64,000 nt of DNA, taken from assembly GCA_000995065.1 (NCBI GenBank), contig LBWX01000003.1, positions 22,304-86,303 on the forward strand, written 5' to 3'. The stretch comes from a candidate division CPR2 bacterium GW2011_GWC2_39_35 (GTDB lineage: Bacteria > Patescibacteriota > CPR2). Of the stretch, positions 1 through 12,401 are shown one piece after another. Both the position numbers and the translations under genes were made by a program. How positions within the stretch are numbered: the stretch's first letter is position 1; each line of letters opens with the position of its first letter. The notes below the pieces were generated by a model that saw only the letters and a list, made by a program, of their open reading frames with translations, made no database searches and was not told the origin of the DNA.

Positions 1-1338
1 TAAAGAGTAATGGATATCACCACCCTGCCGATTGAGGCCATAAATTAAATCACCTTCATCACTTAAGATATAAAGTTCTAAATTAGCAGCCCTGAATTTG
101 TCTAGTGCTTCTTTAATGCCCTGGTTAAACACGGCGCTTTGATAAAGATAATAGTCCTGGCCATCCTTTGAGAAATGTTGGAAGAGATGCATCATATTAT
201 CAAAGAAAAGAGCAAAATCCTGACCATCCGCCCTAACAAGCATTTCTCTTTTAAAATCGCTATTTGCAGGATCCGTTGAAAGGATCTCTTGGCCTTGGCT
301 CGAGATAACAGAATTATACCGAACGCAATCCAAGCCAATGGCTAAGAAATTGGTATCATCAAAAACTTTTTGGAAGCTATCCTTGGAAAGATCTGTTCCC
401 TGAAGTTTACTTGCCAAATCTTCAGCATCGGCTTTATGTAGCTTTAAGTGCTCCGCAAGGGCTAAACCTTCTAAATTATTTAGGCTTTCAATCGATTGCT
501 GAACCGAATCCGATTGATTTTTGTAGAGAAGCTGGGCAAGAATAATTGAAAGCAAAAGCAATGGGATAATGACAGCGAGCACAATATAACTCAAGGATTT
601 TCTTTGAATTGAGCCCATATTTGACAAAAATTCTTGTTTAGAAAACGGCTGATAGAAAAAGATAGCAAGCCAAACAAAGAAAGGCAATGCTGCCTGTAAT
701 ATTTCTGGCTTGGCAGCCCGAGCCGAAAAAAGCAAAAACAAAAGCACACCTGTTGAGAAATAAAAAAATTTGAACGGTTTTTTACGGAAAGCTTCGGAAA
801 AAAGCATCATCAAAGCACTTACAAACAATCCGCCAGCCGAGATTTTGACAATTAAATTTAATGATGGCGGCAAGACAGAATACCTGTCGGGGTATATAAA
901 AATAATCGCGCCAAAGATCACTGCGCAAACACCTGTTGATAGAACGCCAACGTTTACAATTCCTTTTTTAGTTTGCAAACTAAAGCTGTTTAGTAAGAAT
1001 AGGCTGAGGTAGAGGGATCCAAGAGCGAAAAACATAAAAGCAGCAGGAGAATTAACGATTGATCTCGAAGAATAAAAAGCTAGAAAGTAGAAAATAACGA
1101 CGGCTGGAAGCCAGGTAAAACGGCGTAAGTTATGGCGCAAGTACTTGAGATAATGATAATAGTAACAAACCAAGCCATCAACCAGTAAAATTATAGAAAG
1201 AGCAAAGCTGTAGGGAATGGGCGGCGAATTTAAAAACTGGCTGACCTGCACAGGATTAAAGGCAAAAATGATTGCAAAGAAGATCATAAAAACTGATGCA
1301 ATCCAGCCATAAAAAGTTGAAACAAACGTTAGCTTCAC
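1..1338 (-). CDS. Multi-TM membrane protein with a downstream extracytoplasmic sensor-like region; 3' end runs off the window (probable sensor/signalling protein)
   Basis: Manual translation from GTG at 1338 (GGAGG upstream) gives MKLTFVSTFYGWIASVFMIFF... and stays open to base 1. Many hydrophobic segments are followed by a soluble region. Absent from the ORF track because there is no stop in the window. Confidence 0.65.
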   Translation of the reverse strand, partial: MKLTFVSTFYGWIASVFMIFFAIIFAFNPVQVSQFLNSPPIPYSFALSIILLVDGLVCYYYHYLKYLRHNLRRFTWLPAVVIFYFLAFYSSRSIVNSPAAFMFFALGSLYLSLFLLNSFSLQTKKGIVNVGVLSTGVCAVIFGAIIFIYPDRYSVLPPSLNLIVKISAGGLFVSALMMLFSEAFRKKPFKFFYFSTGVLLFLLFSARAAKPEILQAALPFFVWLAIFFYQPFSKQEFLSNMGSIQRKSLSYIVLAVIIPLLLLSIILAQLLYKNQSDSVQQSIESLNNLEGLALAEHLKLHKADAEDLASKLQGTDLSKDSFQKVFDDTNFLAIGLDCVRYNSVISSQGQEILSTDPANSDFKREMLVRADGQDFALFFDNMMHLFQHFSKDGQDYYLYQSAVFNQGIKEALDKFRAANLELYILSDEGDLIYGLNRQGGDIHYSL

Positions 1339-1542
1339 TATCCCTCCACTTTAAATTCTATCCCCAAAGCCCCAAGGTTGCAATGGGAAGCTACTAGCTC
1401 ATAAAATGGTAAAAATACATCGCCTGAAAGTTATCGTCAAATTTAGCTTCAAAAAGAGAACCGGTCCCTAGGCCCTACCAAGAATCAAAAATAGCTAATT
1501 TTGTATTCAAAAAAAGAACCGTCCCCCTTCCTCCTGACAAAG

Positions 1543-1583
1543 GAGATTGCTTCGGGCCGATTATATCGGCCCTCGCAATGACA
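1543..1583. repeat. Partial REP/RPE-like palindromic element (GATTGCTTC...TCGCAATGACA family)
   Basis: Same terminal motif as the copies at 4190-4272 and 49811-49890; internal hairpin GGGCCGAT/ATCGGCCC. Confidence 0.6.
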
Positions 1584-1659
1584 TTTGTAATTTAGACTTT
1601 GACATTGATTAGAAATTCGAAATTAGGAATTAGACATTCAAAGAGCTTTGCTCTTTGGC

Positions 1660-4170
1660 TTACTTCCCTTCTTCCACTTTCTCCACTTCTTCTTCAATCT
1701 TTTCCTCCGTAACTAGGGTTACAGACGAAACTTTGTCTTTCTCATTTAGCCTCATTACTCTTACGCCCTGAGTTACTCGGCCGATTTTGTTTACTTGTTT
1801 TAATGGAAGTCTAATTACCACGCCTTGTTTGGAAACAATTACTAAGTCTTCTTTTAGGTCTTCTATAATCCTTACGTCCACAACCGGTCCGGTTTTTGGT
1901 GTAACAGAGGCGGCTTTAATGCCTACACCGCCGCGACGGTGCGGGGCAAATTCTTCCACATCGGTTCTTTTGCCGTAGCCGTTTTCCATAATTACCATCA
2001 TCTGCTGGCCTTTTTTGTCTTTAACTACCACATCGGTACCCATAATTTGATCGGTACCTTTCATCTTCATGCCCCTAACTCCTCTGGCACCGCGACCCAT
2101 TGGTCTAACATCTTTTTCAGAGAATCTATTAGCCATGCCGGATTTAGTGGCCATGATGATTTCGTCTTCGCCTGATGTGGTCTTAACCCAGCAAAGAGCA
2201 TCACCCTTGTCTAGATTTAGGGCAATCAAACCATTTTTTCGAACATTTTCAAATTGCTCAATGGCAACTTTTTTAATAACCCCAAATTTAGTGGCAAAGA
2301 ACAGGTATTTAGCGTCGGTTTTTTCGTCTTTGGAAACAGTGATAACGGAAGTTACAATTTCTTCCGGTGCTAACTGAATGAAGTTTACAATTGGCGAACC
2401 CTTGGCAATCCTGGAACCCATTGGTATTTCGTATACCTTTGTTCTAAACACACGGCCTTTGTTAGTAAAGAACATGATTTCATCGTGGTTGTGGGTTAAA
2501 ATCATGTGCTCCACGATATCTTCTTCTTTGGTTTGCATGCCCATTACGCCCTTACCACCGCGCTGTTGCTGGCGGAAAGTAGAGGCTAAAATTCTTTTAA
2601 TGTAGTTGCCCTTTGTTAAGGCTACAATCACGGTTTCGTTGGCAACTAAATCTTCTTCAGAGAATTCGCCAAGTCTATTTTTGATGATTTTTGACTTTCT
2701 GGCGTCTCCGTATTTAGTCTTAATTTCACCTAACTCTTCTTTAATAACTGCTAAGATTTTTTCCGGATGGGCAAGTAAGTCTTCCAGGTGAGCAATTAAC
2801 TTTTGAAGCTCGGCGTATTCGTCTTCTATTTTCTTTCTTTCCAAGCCGGCTAAAGTTTGAAGCCTCATGTCGAGAATTGCTTGAGCCTGAATATCGGTCA
2901 GCTTAAACTTGGTCATCAAATTTGTTTTAGCTTCTTCTTTGGTGGCGGATGCACGGATAGTTTTTATGACTTCGTCAATTTGACCCAAAGCAATGAGCAA
3001 ACCTTCTAAAATATGAGCCCGCTCTTTGGCTTTTCTTAAATCGTACTCAGCACGGCGAGTAACTACATTTTGCCTGTGCTTTATAAACTCTTCTAAGATA
3101 GTTTTAAGCGACAAAAGTCTTGGCTGAATACCATCAATTAAGGCAATCATATTAAAATGCAAAGCTGTTTGCATGTTAGTCATTTTGTAGAGCTGGTTTA
3201 AGATTTTGTTTGGATAAGCGTCTTTTTTAAGATCCACAACTACGCGCACACCCTTTTTGTCGGATTCATCCCTAAGATCGGAAATGCCCACAATCTTTTT
3301 GTCTTTTACCAAGTCGGCAATCTTGGAAACTAAATCAGACTTGTTAACTTGGTACGGAATTTCGGAAACGATAATTTGGAAACCGCCTTTTTTAGATTCC
3401 ACAATTTCGGCATTTGCCCGGATAATGACTTTTCCGCGACCGGTGCCGTAGGCCTGGGCCACTTCGTCTGCGTAAACAGTTGCCCCGGTTGGAAAGTCCG
3501 GACCTTTTATAAACTTCATAAGGTCTTCAACTGCTGCTTCTGGGTTGTCGATCAAATGCGTTGTTGCGTCTATTACTTCATTTAAATTATGCGGCGGAAT
3601 GTTGGTGGCCATACCCACGGCAATTCCCATCTGGCCGTTTACAAGCAAGTTAGGGATTCTGGATGGCAAGACTACCGGCTCTTTTACGGAGCCATCGTAG
3701 TTTGGCATAAAGTCTACAGTATCTTTTTCGATGTCAGTAAGCATTTCTTCGGCAACTGAGGTCATTCTGGCTTCAGTGTACCTCATTGCAGCAGCTGAAT
3801 CACCGTCCATGGAGCCAAAGTTACCCTGGCCATCTACTTGCGGATATCGAAGCGAGAAGTCTTGGGCCATTCGGACCATGGAATCATAAACCGCCGTGTC
3901 GCCGTGCGGATGGTATTTACCTAAAACTTCACCAACTACGAAAGCCGACTTTTTGTACTTTGCGTTATGCCGAAGCCCAAGAGAATTCATGGCGTAAAGA
4001 ATACGCCTATGAACCGGTTTTAAACCGTCCCTTACGTCCGGCAAAGCACGGGACACAATAACCGACATTGCATAATCTAGGTAAGACTGCTGCATTTCAT
4101 CTGTCATTTCCCGGGGTTTTACGTAACCAACGTTAAACGGAAGTTGTTCACCTGAACTTTTTTTAGCCAT
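1660..4170 (-). CDS. gyrA: DNA gyrase subunit A
   Basis: [16 protein letters not shown] with the catalytic Tyr, GyrA-box QQRGGKG, C-terminal pinwheel repeats. Confidence 0.99.
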   Translation of the reverse strand: MAKKSSGEQLPFNVGYVKPREMTDEMQQSYLDYAMSVIVSRALPDVRDGLKPVHRRILYAMNSLGLRHNAKYKKSAFVVGEVLGKYHPHGDTAVYDSMVRMAQDFSLRYPQVDGQGNFGSMDGDSAAAMRYTEARMTSVAEEMLTDIEKDTVDFMPNYDGSVKEPVVLPSRIPNLLVNGQMGIAVGMATNIPPHNLNEVIDATTHLIDNPEAAVEDLMKFIKGPDFPTGATVYADEVAQAYGTGRGKVIIRANAEIVESKKGGFQIIVSEIPYQVNKSDLVSKIADLVKDKKIVGISDLRDESDKKGVRVVVDLKKDAYPNKILNQLYKMTNMQTALHFNMIALIDGIQPRLLSLKTILEEFIKHRQNVVTRRAEYDLRKAKERAHILEGLLIALGQIDEVIKTIRASATKEEAKTNLMTKFKLTDIQAQAILDMRLQTLAGLERKKIEDEYAELQKLIAHLEDLLAHPEKILAVIKEELGEIKTKYGDARKSKIIKNRLGEFSEEDLVANETVIVALTKGNYIKRILASTFRQQQRGGKGVMGMQTKEEDIVEHMILTHNHDEIMFFTNKGRVFRTKVYEIPMGSRIAKGSPIVNFIQLAPEEIVTSVITVSKDEKTDAKYLFFATKFGVIKKVAIEQFENVRKNGLIALNLDKGDALCWVKTTSGEDEIIMATKSGMANRFSEKDVRPMGRGARGVRGMKMKGTDQIMGTDVVVKDKKGQQMMVIMENGYGKRTDVEEFAPHRRGGVGIKAASVTPKTGPVVDVRIIEDLKEDLVIVSKQGVVIRLPLKQVNKIGRVTQGVRVMRLNEKDKVSSVTLVTEEKIEEEVEKVEEGK

Positions 4171-4189
4171 TTGCTCCTCTTTTTCTAGT

Positions 4190-4272
4190 TGTCATTGCAA
4201 GCCTTTAGACGAAGCAATCCCGTCCGATATTAACTAGATTGCCGCGATCGCTTAATTCTCCCTCGCAATGAC
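4190..4272. repeat. REP/RPE-like palindromic element
   Basis: GTCATTGC...GCAATC...GATTGC...GCAATGAC inverted architecture. Confidence 0.65.
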
Positions 4273-4385
4273 TGAAATATTCTTTCTTAATATGTCTTTT
4301 AACTTATCCATTATACCTAATTTGAAGCTAAAAAACAAGTTTCTCATACAGCTTTTTAAAACCGGAAAATCAAGAGTCTAAAGGG

Positions 4386-4414
4386 TTGAAAAAAAAGCCT
4401 TTTTCTGGTATAAT
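4386..4414 (+). promoter_or_regulatory. sigma70 promoter of the CoA-activase operon
   Basis: TTGAAA-17 nt-TATAAT with an extended -10 TG; GAGGAGG RBS before GTG 4502. Confidence 0.65.
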
Positions 4415-4501
4415 TCTCTAGCCGCGGAAGCGATAAATATAGATGTTCTAGATAGAAGGTTAAAATTTAAAAAATCGAATATAGTGAGGAGGAAAAACTA
4501 A

Positions 4502-5533
4502 GTGGTAAATGAAGCTAGAAATTCAAGAAAGCTAAGCGTGGGATTACCAGAAGCATTTGTCAGCCACTGGTGGAATGTTGGACTAGAGTATTTGCTCACC
4601 GCTTTAGGCGCTAATATTATCAAGTCTGGTAAAACCACTATGGCCAAATTCAATCGCGGTATCGAACTTGCACTTGCGGAATTCTGACCGGCAGTTAAGG
4701 TGGCAGTTGGCCATGTAGACTTTCTGGCAAAGAATCCGGAAGTCGATATTATCTTTCTTATCCGGCCTGTTGCTGAAGAGAGGCTGGAACTAAATTGCCC
4801 TTACATGTTGGGCTATCCAGACTACACCAGAATGCTCTTAAAGGAGCCGGGCAGGAAGATAAGATCACTACAAGTCGAGTTCAGATTACGGCCAGGAACC
4901 AAAGCCGGACAAGAGATCGAAGGCATCTTTAAATCAGAAATAGCTGAAATCGCCGAGATTTTCGGTGTAAGCTATCACTTGGTCAGGAAAGAATTCTTTG
5001 AAGCTCTGAAGCTGCAAAAAGAGCACGAGCGACAAGTATATCTAAACAAGTTGCTGCCGAACGGCCTGGAACAACCGGAATCCCCAAAATTCCGAGTACT
5101 TGCGTTGGGTCATTCGTACAACCTATGGGATAACATAATGTCGCATCACATCGTGTCAAAGATAATCGACCAGGGAGGACACGTAACCACCAAGGAAATG
5201 CTTGATAAAGAGCTCCTGTCTAAATGTGCAAAGCGCGGTCTTCCCAAAGAGCTATTTTGGACCCAGTCCAAACACCTTGCTGGTGCCGCTTTACAAGCTA
5301 TGAATACGGGATCGGTAGATGGGATTATGTTTATCCAAAGCTTCGGCTGCGGACCTGACGCAACTATCACTCCACTATTGGCTAGGGAAGCCAAAAAAGC
5401 AAAGATGCCTTTTTCGATCATCAACATAGACGTTCAAACTGCTGATGCCGGTATTGATACCAGGGTAGAAGCAACGGCGGACGCCTTGATTGAAGACATT
5501 TTAGAAGGAAGGAAGGTGAGAACGAAGTGTTAA
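4502..5533 (+). CDS. Acyl-CoA dehydratase activase-related protein (DUF2229/HGD-D-like) with an in-frame UGA at 4685-4687; putative selenoprotein or readthrough product, alternatively a pseudogene
   Basis: ORFs 4502-4687 and 4700-5533 are in frame, separated only by TGA-CCG-GCA-GTT-AAG. The joined sequence reads LAEF*PAVKVAVGHV, matching the family ExCxPxKxxxGHV motif. Later motifs NCPYMLGYPD, LGHSYN and SFGCGPD. Confidence 0.75.
4688..4727 (+). promoter_or_regulatory. SECIS-like hairpin immediately 3' of the UGA
   Basis: CCGG/CTGG and AGTT/GACT lower stems, GTGGC/GCCAT upper stem; AGTTG loop with G at position 2, starting 17 nt after the UGA. Confidence 0.4.
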
Positions 5534-6720
5534 AGAAGTTCTTAAACCAAGCTAAATGGCTGCTCACAAAGAAAAAGATAGCAGTTCCAAGAATGGGCAC
5601 TTTGTACTGGCTCCTTTACCCTCTTTCTAAAAGGTTAAAGTTTGAGCTTCAGGAGCAACCCAAAATTACTCAAAAAACGGTTAAGAAAGGATCGCTTCAT
5701 GCCGAAGAAGGTATGTGCTTACCTTTTAAATACGTTTTAGGTAACTTCATGGATGCCCTGGAAAAAGGTGCAAATATTGTGCTCTTTGCTGGTGGAATCG
5801 GGCCATGCCGTTTTGGCTACTACTCGCCCCTTTTTGAAGCCACACTAAAAGACCTGGGCTATCTATTTAGATTAATTTCGATAGAACCATGGTTTACAGG
5901 AAGAGGCTTCATAGACAAGTACCGTTTTTGGCGATCTTTTGCCAAACTAGGCAGGGTTAAAAACCCGATTCGGATTGCTTGGGCAATTTGGGAAAGCTTT
6001 TACATTGCCCAGTGCATTGATGAGATTACCAGTATGCTCAATTACACACGAGCAATAGAAGTCAAAAAAGGCTCAACCAATAGAGCATATAGGAAAGCAC
6101 TGGATCTGCTAGCCAACTCCAAGCATTATTGGCAAGCTAAGCGGAACTTCGAGACAGCCAAAGAGATGATGGCTGCTATTAAAACCGATGCTTCCAAACT
6201 GAAAGGCGTCGTGGGAATCGTTGGTGAATTCTACGTAGTTCTGGAACCATCTGCCAATATGCGAATTATCGAGTGGCTAAATGATCATGGCATTGCTGTT
6301 ATTTGCTCGATATTTGTTACCGATTGGGTTGGCCCGGATACTTCACCCAAGGTTGCCCACATTAACAAAATCAAAGCCCATGAATTGGCTAAAAAGGAAG
6401 ATACATTCCACAGATGGTGTGGCGGCGATTGCACAGCAAACGTTGGTCACGCAGTCTATTTGATGGATCACCTTAACGTAGATGCAATCATCCAACTGCT
6501 TCCATTTACCTGCATGCCGGATACAATGGCAACGGTCGGCCTAATGGCAGTCACTGAAAAACGTGATATTCCGTTTGCCCGTTATATCTACGATGAACAT
6601 TCAGCGCTAGCAGGACTGGAAACAAGATGGGAAGGATTAATCGACACCATCGAGATGAAAAGACTGGACAAAGAACTTCATGAAATAGCTCAGAGAGAGG
6701 CGGTGCGAAGCAAAGTATGA
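5527..6720 (+). CDS. 2-hydroxyacyl-CoA dehydratase/reductase-like Fe-S subunit (HGD-D/PlsR-like)
   Basis: EGMCLPFK, GPCRFGYY, VGIVGEFYV, LPFTCMP, DEHSALAGLETRWE motifs. Confidence 0.85.
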   Translation: MLKKFLNQAKWLLTKKKIAVPRMGTLYWLLYPLSKRLKFELQEQPKITQKTVKKGSLHAEEGMCLPFKYVLGNFMDALEKGANIVLFAGGIGPCRFGYYSPLFEATLKDLGYLFRLISIEPWFTGRGFIDKYRFWRSFAKLGRVKNPIRIAWAIWESFYIAQCIDEITSMLNYTRAIEVKKGSTNRAYRKALDLLANSKHYWQAKRNFETAKEMMAAIKTDASKLKGVVGIVGEFYVVLEPSANMRIIEWLNDHGIAVICSIFVTDWVGPDTSPKVAHINKIKAHELAKKEDTFHRWCGGDCTANVGHAVYLMDHLNVDAIIQLLPFTCMPDTMATVGLMAVTEKRDIPFARYIYDEHSALAGLETRWEGLIDTIEMKRLDKELHEIAQREAVRSKV

Positions 6721-7715
6721 GAGGCTATTTAGGAATCGATGTTGGATCTGTTAGCACAGACCTGGCGGTGATAGATGAGAAAACTGACAAAGTCGTCGGC
6801 CTTGTATACATACGCACAAAGGGCCAACCAGTCGTCGCGGTCCAAGAAGGATTGAAAGAGCTTCTTGCCCAGTTCCCTAATGGGATCGAGATCATAGGAG
6901 CAGGAACCACAGGAAGTGCACGTAATATAGCCGGGCTTATGATAAATGCCGATCTAATCAAGAATGAGATCACAGCTCATGCAAAAGCAACGGCATTTTT
7001 CCACCCCAAAACAAGGACCGTATTCGAAATCGGCGGGCAAGATAGTAAATTGATACTACTGGAAAATGGCCGTCTAAAAGATTTCGCGATGAATACGGTG
7101 TGCGCTGCGGGAACGGGATCTTTCTTAGACCAGCAAGCCGGGCGACTTGGTATAACAATCGAGGAATTTAGCAATGAAGCTTTAAAAAGCGAAGTTAAGT
7201 GTCGTATTTCTGGACGCTGTGCGGTGTTTGCCGAATCAGATATGATTCACAAGGCCAATGCCGGTTACAGAAGACCAGACATTGTCTACGGGCTATGCGA
7301 AGCCCTTGTCAGAAATTTCCTTAACAATCTTGCAAAGGGCAAGGAGTTAAAAAGCCCCATCGTCTTCCAGGGTGGCGTTGCCGCAAATGCCGGGATGGTA
7401 AAAGCTTTTGGAGAAACAGTGGGAATCGAAATAATCGTTCCTGAATACCATCATTGCATGGGTGCCATTGGCTCATCATTACTGGCGAAGCTGCATATCC
7501 AAAGAACTGGCCTACAAACCACCTTCTCCGGTTTCGACAGTATCAACCTTGACTTCTCCAGTAGAAGTTTCAACTGCGACGGGTGCGAGAACGAATGCGA
7601 AATCTCAACTTTAATGAGAGACGATGAAGTTCTCGCCTGCAAGGGCAGTATCTGTAAGAAATATGACAACGTTACAGGTCATATTGACGAGGTACTTCAA
7701 CTAGCAAACGCCTAG
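6717..7715 (+). CDS. CoA-substrate-specific enzyme activase (BadF/BadG/BcrA/BcrD ATPase, HgdC-like) with a C-terminal CxxCxxxC
   Basis: YLGIDVGSVST, EIGGQDSK, MNTVCAAGTGSFL, RCAVFAESD, QGGVAAN, CDGCENEC; ATGA overlap with the upstream gene. Confidence 0.95.
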   Translation: MRGYLGIDVGSVSTDLAVIDEKTDKVVGLVYIRTKGQPVVAVQEGLKELLAQFPNGIEIIGAGTTGSARNIAGLMINADLIKNEITAHAKATAFFHPKTRTVFEIGGQDSKLILLENGRLKDFAMNTVCAAGTGSFLDQQAGRLGITIEEFSNEALKSEVKCRISGRCAVFAESDMIHKANAGYRRPDIVYGLCEALVRNFLNNLAKGKELKSPIVFQGGVAANAGMVKAFGETVGIEIIVPEYHHCMGAIGSSLLAKLHIQRTGLQTTFSGFDSINLDFSSRSFNCDGCENECEISTLMRDDEVLACKGSICKKYDNVTGHIDEVLQLANA

Positions 7716-7747
7716 CGCAAATGCAAGACGAGAGTCTATAAAATACA

Positions 7748-7795
7748 AAGGCGGGAGCCTCAATGGTCTACATGACATTGAGCAACTCCCGTCTT
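7748..7795. terminator. Bidirectional intrinsic terminator between the activase operon and gyrB
   Basis: AAGGCGGGAG..CTCAATG / CATTGAG..CTCCCGTCTT hairpin between convergent genes. Confidence 0.6.
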
Positions 7796-7815
7796 TTCGC
7801 TTTTTATAGGCTTTT

Positions 7816-9903
<2,088 letters not shown>

Positions 9904-9987
9904 TTAAATGGATGCATGCGAAAATTAAATATTTTTAGTTTCAATTACCTATCAATTTTAGCATGATTTAAGCGAAAAAGCAAAGAA

Positions 9988-10019
9988 AATAGGGGTCAAA
10001 AACATCTTTGACCCCTATT
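9988..10019 (-). terminator. Intrinsic terminator
   Basis: AATAGGGGTCAAA / TTTGACCCCTATT perfect hairpin downstream of 10033-10536. Confidence 0.65.
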
Positions 10020-10032
10020 CGGGACTATTTCT

Positions 10033-10536
10033 TTAACATGTGTAATTTTCCACTTTCTTAAGCTGCATCTGAACCATAATGCCGGTAATTAATTCTGCTA
10101 CTTTGTCCTTCGATACCTCATCACCAACTGCAAGAGTGCCAACAACATTACCAACATACGATTTGAGAAACTGACGAAACTCAGCATCGCCTTCGAACAC
10201 GAAACGAACATCTTTTAACTTCGGCGGATTTTTAACCATAAATATGCCCATATAAACCGCAATTCTTGGCTTCTGGATTACCGAATTATTATGAACGTCA
10301 TCCTGAAGTCTTAAGTAAATCACTAAGGTAATCTGATCTGTTGCCTTAACTTCCTTATGACTATAACGAGTTAAGAGACTCTTAAAGCTCTCTCCCTCAA
10401 CTATCTCTCTAGCCTCGCCATATTTCATAATGCTGTAAAGATTTCCAAGATCTCGCTCATACGGATTTTCAGCCGAACCTGCAAAAGCAACAATGTCATA
10501 TACATCTCCCTTTAATAGATGTATCCCTTCCTCCAT
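10033..10536 (-). CDS. Hypothetical protein
   Basis: 167-aa ORF with an AGGAG RBS and its own terminator. Confidence 0.7.
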   Translation of the reverse strand: MEEGIHLLKGDVYDIVAFAGSAENPYERDLGNLYSIMKYGEAREIVEGESFKSLLTRYSHKEVKATDQITLVIYLRLQDDVHNNSVIQKPRIAVYMGIFMVKNPPKLKDVRFVFEGDAEFRQFLKSYVGNVVGTLAVGDEVSKDKVAELITGIMVQMQLKKVENYTC

Positions 10537-10727
10537 TTCGCTCTCCTTTCTTTTCTGTATTCTGCCTTCTTTCTACAATTTTAACCTAATCTTATATTTA
10601 CTTGCCTTACACTCCGCGCTTTTCTAATTTTTAATTCATACAATCATGACCCATGCATAACAACGGATTCTAGCATAAATAAGTATAAAAAGCAAAGAAA
10701 AGTTAGGGAATAAAATTCTAACTTCTG

Positions 10728-12359
10728 TTAATAGTGTACGATCACCGGGGTTCCGATGGGCGCCCAATCGTAAATAAATTTGGCAACATCTATCGGTGCA
10801 TTCACGCAGCCGTGAGATCCGCTCCAAACATAATCCTGGCCGCCAAAGGCTCGGCGCCAATAAGCTTCATGAACCGCATAGCCGCCATCCCTAAAATAAG
10901 TAACCCAATGAATATTTGGCAAATCATAATAGTCTACCCCTGGAATTCCGCCGGTCATTCTGGTAACCGGAGTCTTATTCATGACATAAGTTGTACCGGT
11001 CGGGGTTGGTGTCGATCTCTTTCCGGTTGTTACCTTCCAGGAAGCCGTTTCCTTATAACCCTCGCCGTCTTTTACAGAGACCGTCATTGCTTGAGTAGTC
11101 AGATTAATGTCGATTTTCTTATTCCAATCGGGAACAATCACATTCTCTTTTACTACTTTTGGCGCAACCTGATTCATTTTTACAACAATTAAATCTTCAT
11201 CGTCCTCGATTGCTCCCATTATCTTACTTTTTAAAAATGATGCGTCAACCTCCCACCCTGCCTTGCCGGGAGTCACCTCAATCTCCTTGGATAAATTTTC
11301 CACTCTCATCTTTTTATCTTCGGACGGCACATTAAACTTTTTGGCAATGTCGCTCTGAATAAAAACCTCTAATTTTTTTTCGTCTAGGCTTGGATTTAGA
11401 TCTTTATCAAAAGTTAAAAACTTGGCTATCTCGTTTGGCCCCAAGATCATGCTTTTGTCCTCATCTTTTAGCACAATTTCTCTATTAACCAATGCTTTAA
11501 CATCTGCCAAGAATTCGGAATCTATGCTACCGCAAGAACCGGTAACTTTCCCAATTTTTTCTAATCCCCTAGAAAGTTGATAAGCAAACAATTCCTTATA
11601 GAAATCTTCTTCTAAACCGGAAGACTGGGCAATAGAATCAACAGACTCTATAACAACGTTTTCGCCCTTAGAAAGATTTGGGAAAATATCGCTAATCTCT
11701 TCCTCTAAAACATCTTCGGAAACGATAAATTTAAGCTCTAACTTTTCTTTATCTTGACTATCACCCGCAACGTACTTTTTATAAATTTCTTTAGCGGCTA
11801 AAAAGTGATTGTTAAAAATATTACTGTCTCGGCCGTAAGAAATAGCTTTTGTAATTACCGTTTCAGAATTGTCTTTAATACCTAATTCCTTAAGGCCATA
11901 AGTTTTTTCGAAATCCCCACTTCTTATAGTTATTCTAAAATCATCAATCTTTTTGTTTATTATAGACCTGATTTCCTCCGGGTTTTTGCCGAGCAAACTC
12001 TCGTTTAGAAGATATGCATCCGTCATCACCATACCGGCATAGGCGTTTTGATAAATAAACGTTACCGACGGAAGCCCCACAAGAAAAAGCAAAATAATAA
12101 AAACAGAAGCAACCTTAAAGATTAATACTCTCTTCTTTTTAGGCTTTATTTTAGTCTTCTTTTGTAGCTCTTTTTCTATTGGCTCATTATGGTGTTTTTG
12201 TTCTTTATCGTCATTTAGCTTCTTTACAGATTTTGCCTCTGTATCGGTATTATCATTTATGTCATAATTTAAAGAACTGTCAGCCCGACTTTTATCGCTA
12301 ACAAAAAAATCCCCCCTGCCCCTTTTGGGCTTTACAATGTCTAAAACTTTTCTTCCCAC
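10728..12359 (-). CDS. Membrane-anchored L,D-transpeptidase (YkuD) with PG-binding_4-type region
   Basis: TM helix; C-terminal VTTGK..TPTG, YAVHEAYW, GSHGCVN motif. Confidence 0.9.
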   Translation of the reverse strand: MGRKVLDIVKPKRGRGDFFVSDKSRADSSLNYDINDNTDTEAKSVKKLNDDKEQKHHNEPIEKELQKKTKIKPKKKRVLIFKVASVFIILLFLVGLPSVTFIYQNAYAGMVMTDAYLLNESLLGKNPEEIRSIINKKIDDFRITIRSGDFEKTYGLKELGIKDNSETVITKAISYGRDSNIFNNHFLAAKEIYKKYVAGDSQDKEKLELKFIVSEDVLEEEISDIFPNLSKGENVVIESVDSIAQSSGLEEDFYKELFAYQLSRGLEKIGKVTGSCGSIDSEFLADVKALVNREIVLKDEDKSMILGPNEIAKFLTFDKDLNPSLDEKKLEVFIQSDIAKKFNVPSEDKKMRVENLSKEIEVTPGKAGWEVDASFLKSKIMGAIEDDEDLIVVKMNQVAPKVVKENVIVPDWNKKIDINLTTQAMTVSVKDGEGYKETASWKVTTGKRSTPTPTGTTYVMNKTPVTRMTGGIPGVDYYDLPNIHWVTYFRDGGYAVHEAYWRRAFGGQDYVWSGSHGCVNAPIDVAKFIYDWAPIGTPVIVHY

Positions 12360-12401
12360 ACTTATATTTTGAATGAGAATTGATTGTGATGCAATGGTTT
12401 T

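Noticed and set aside
4685-4687. Genome-wide UGA reassignment (code 25 or 4) as the explanation for the in-frame TGA
   Set aside because: The long conserved genes are uninterrupted under code 11, and TGA acts as a normal stop elsewhere (e.g. ATGA overlaps at 6717-6720 and 16695-16698).
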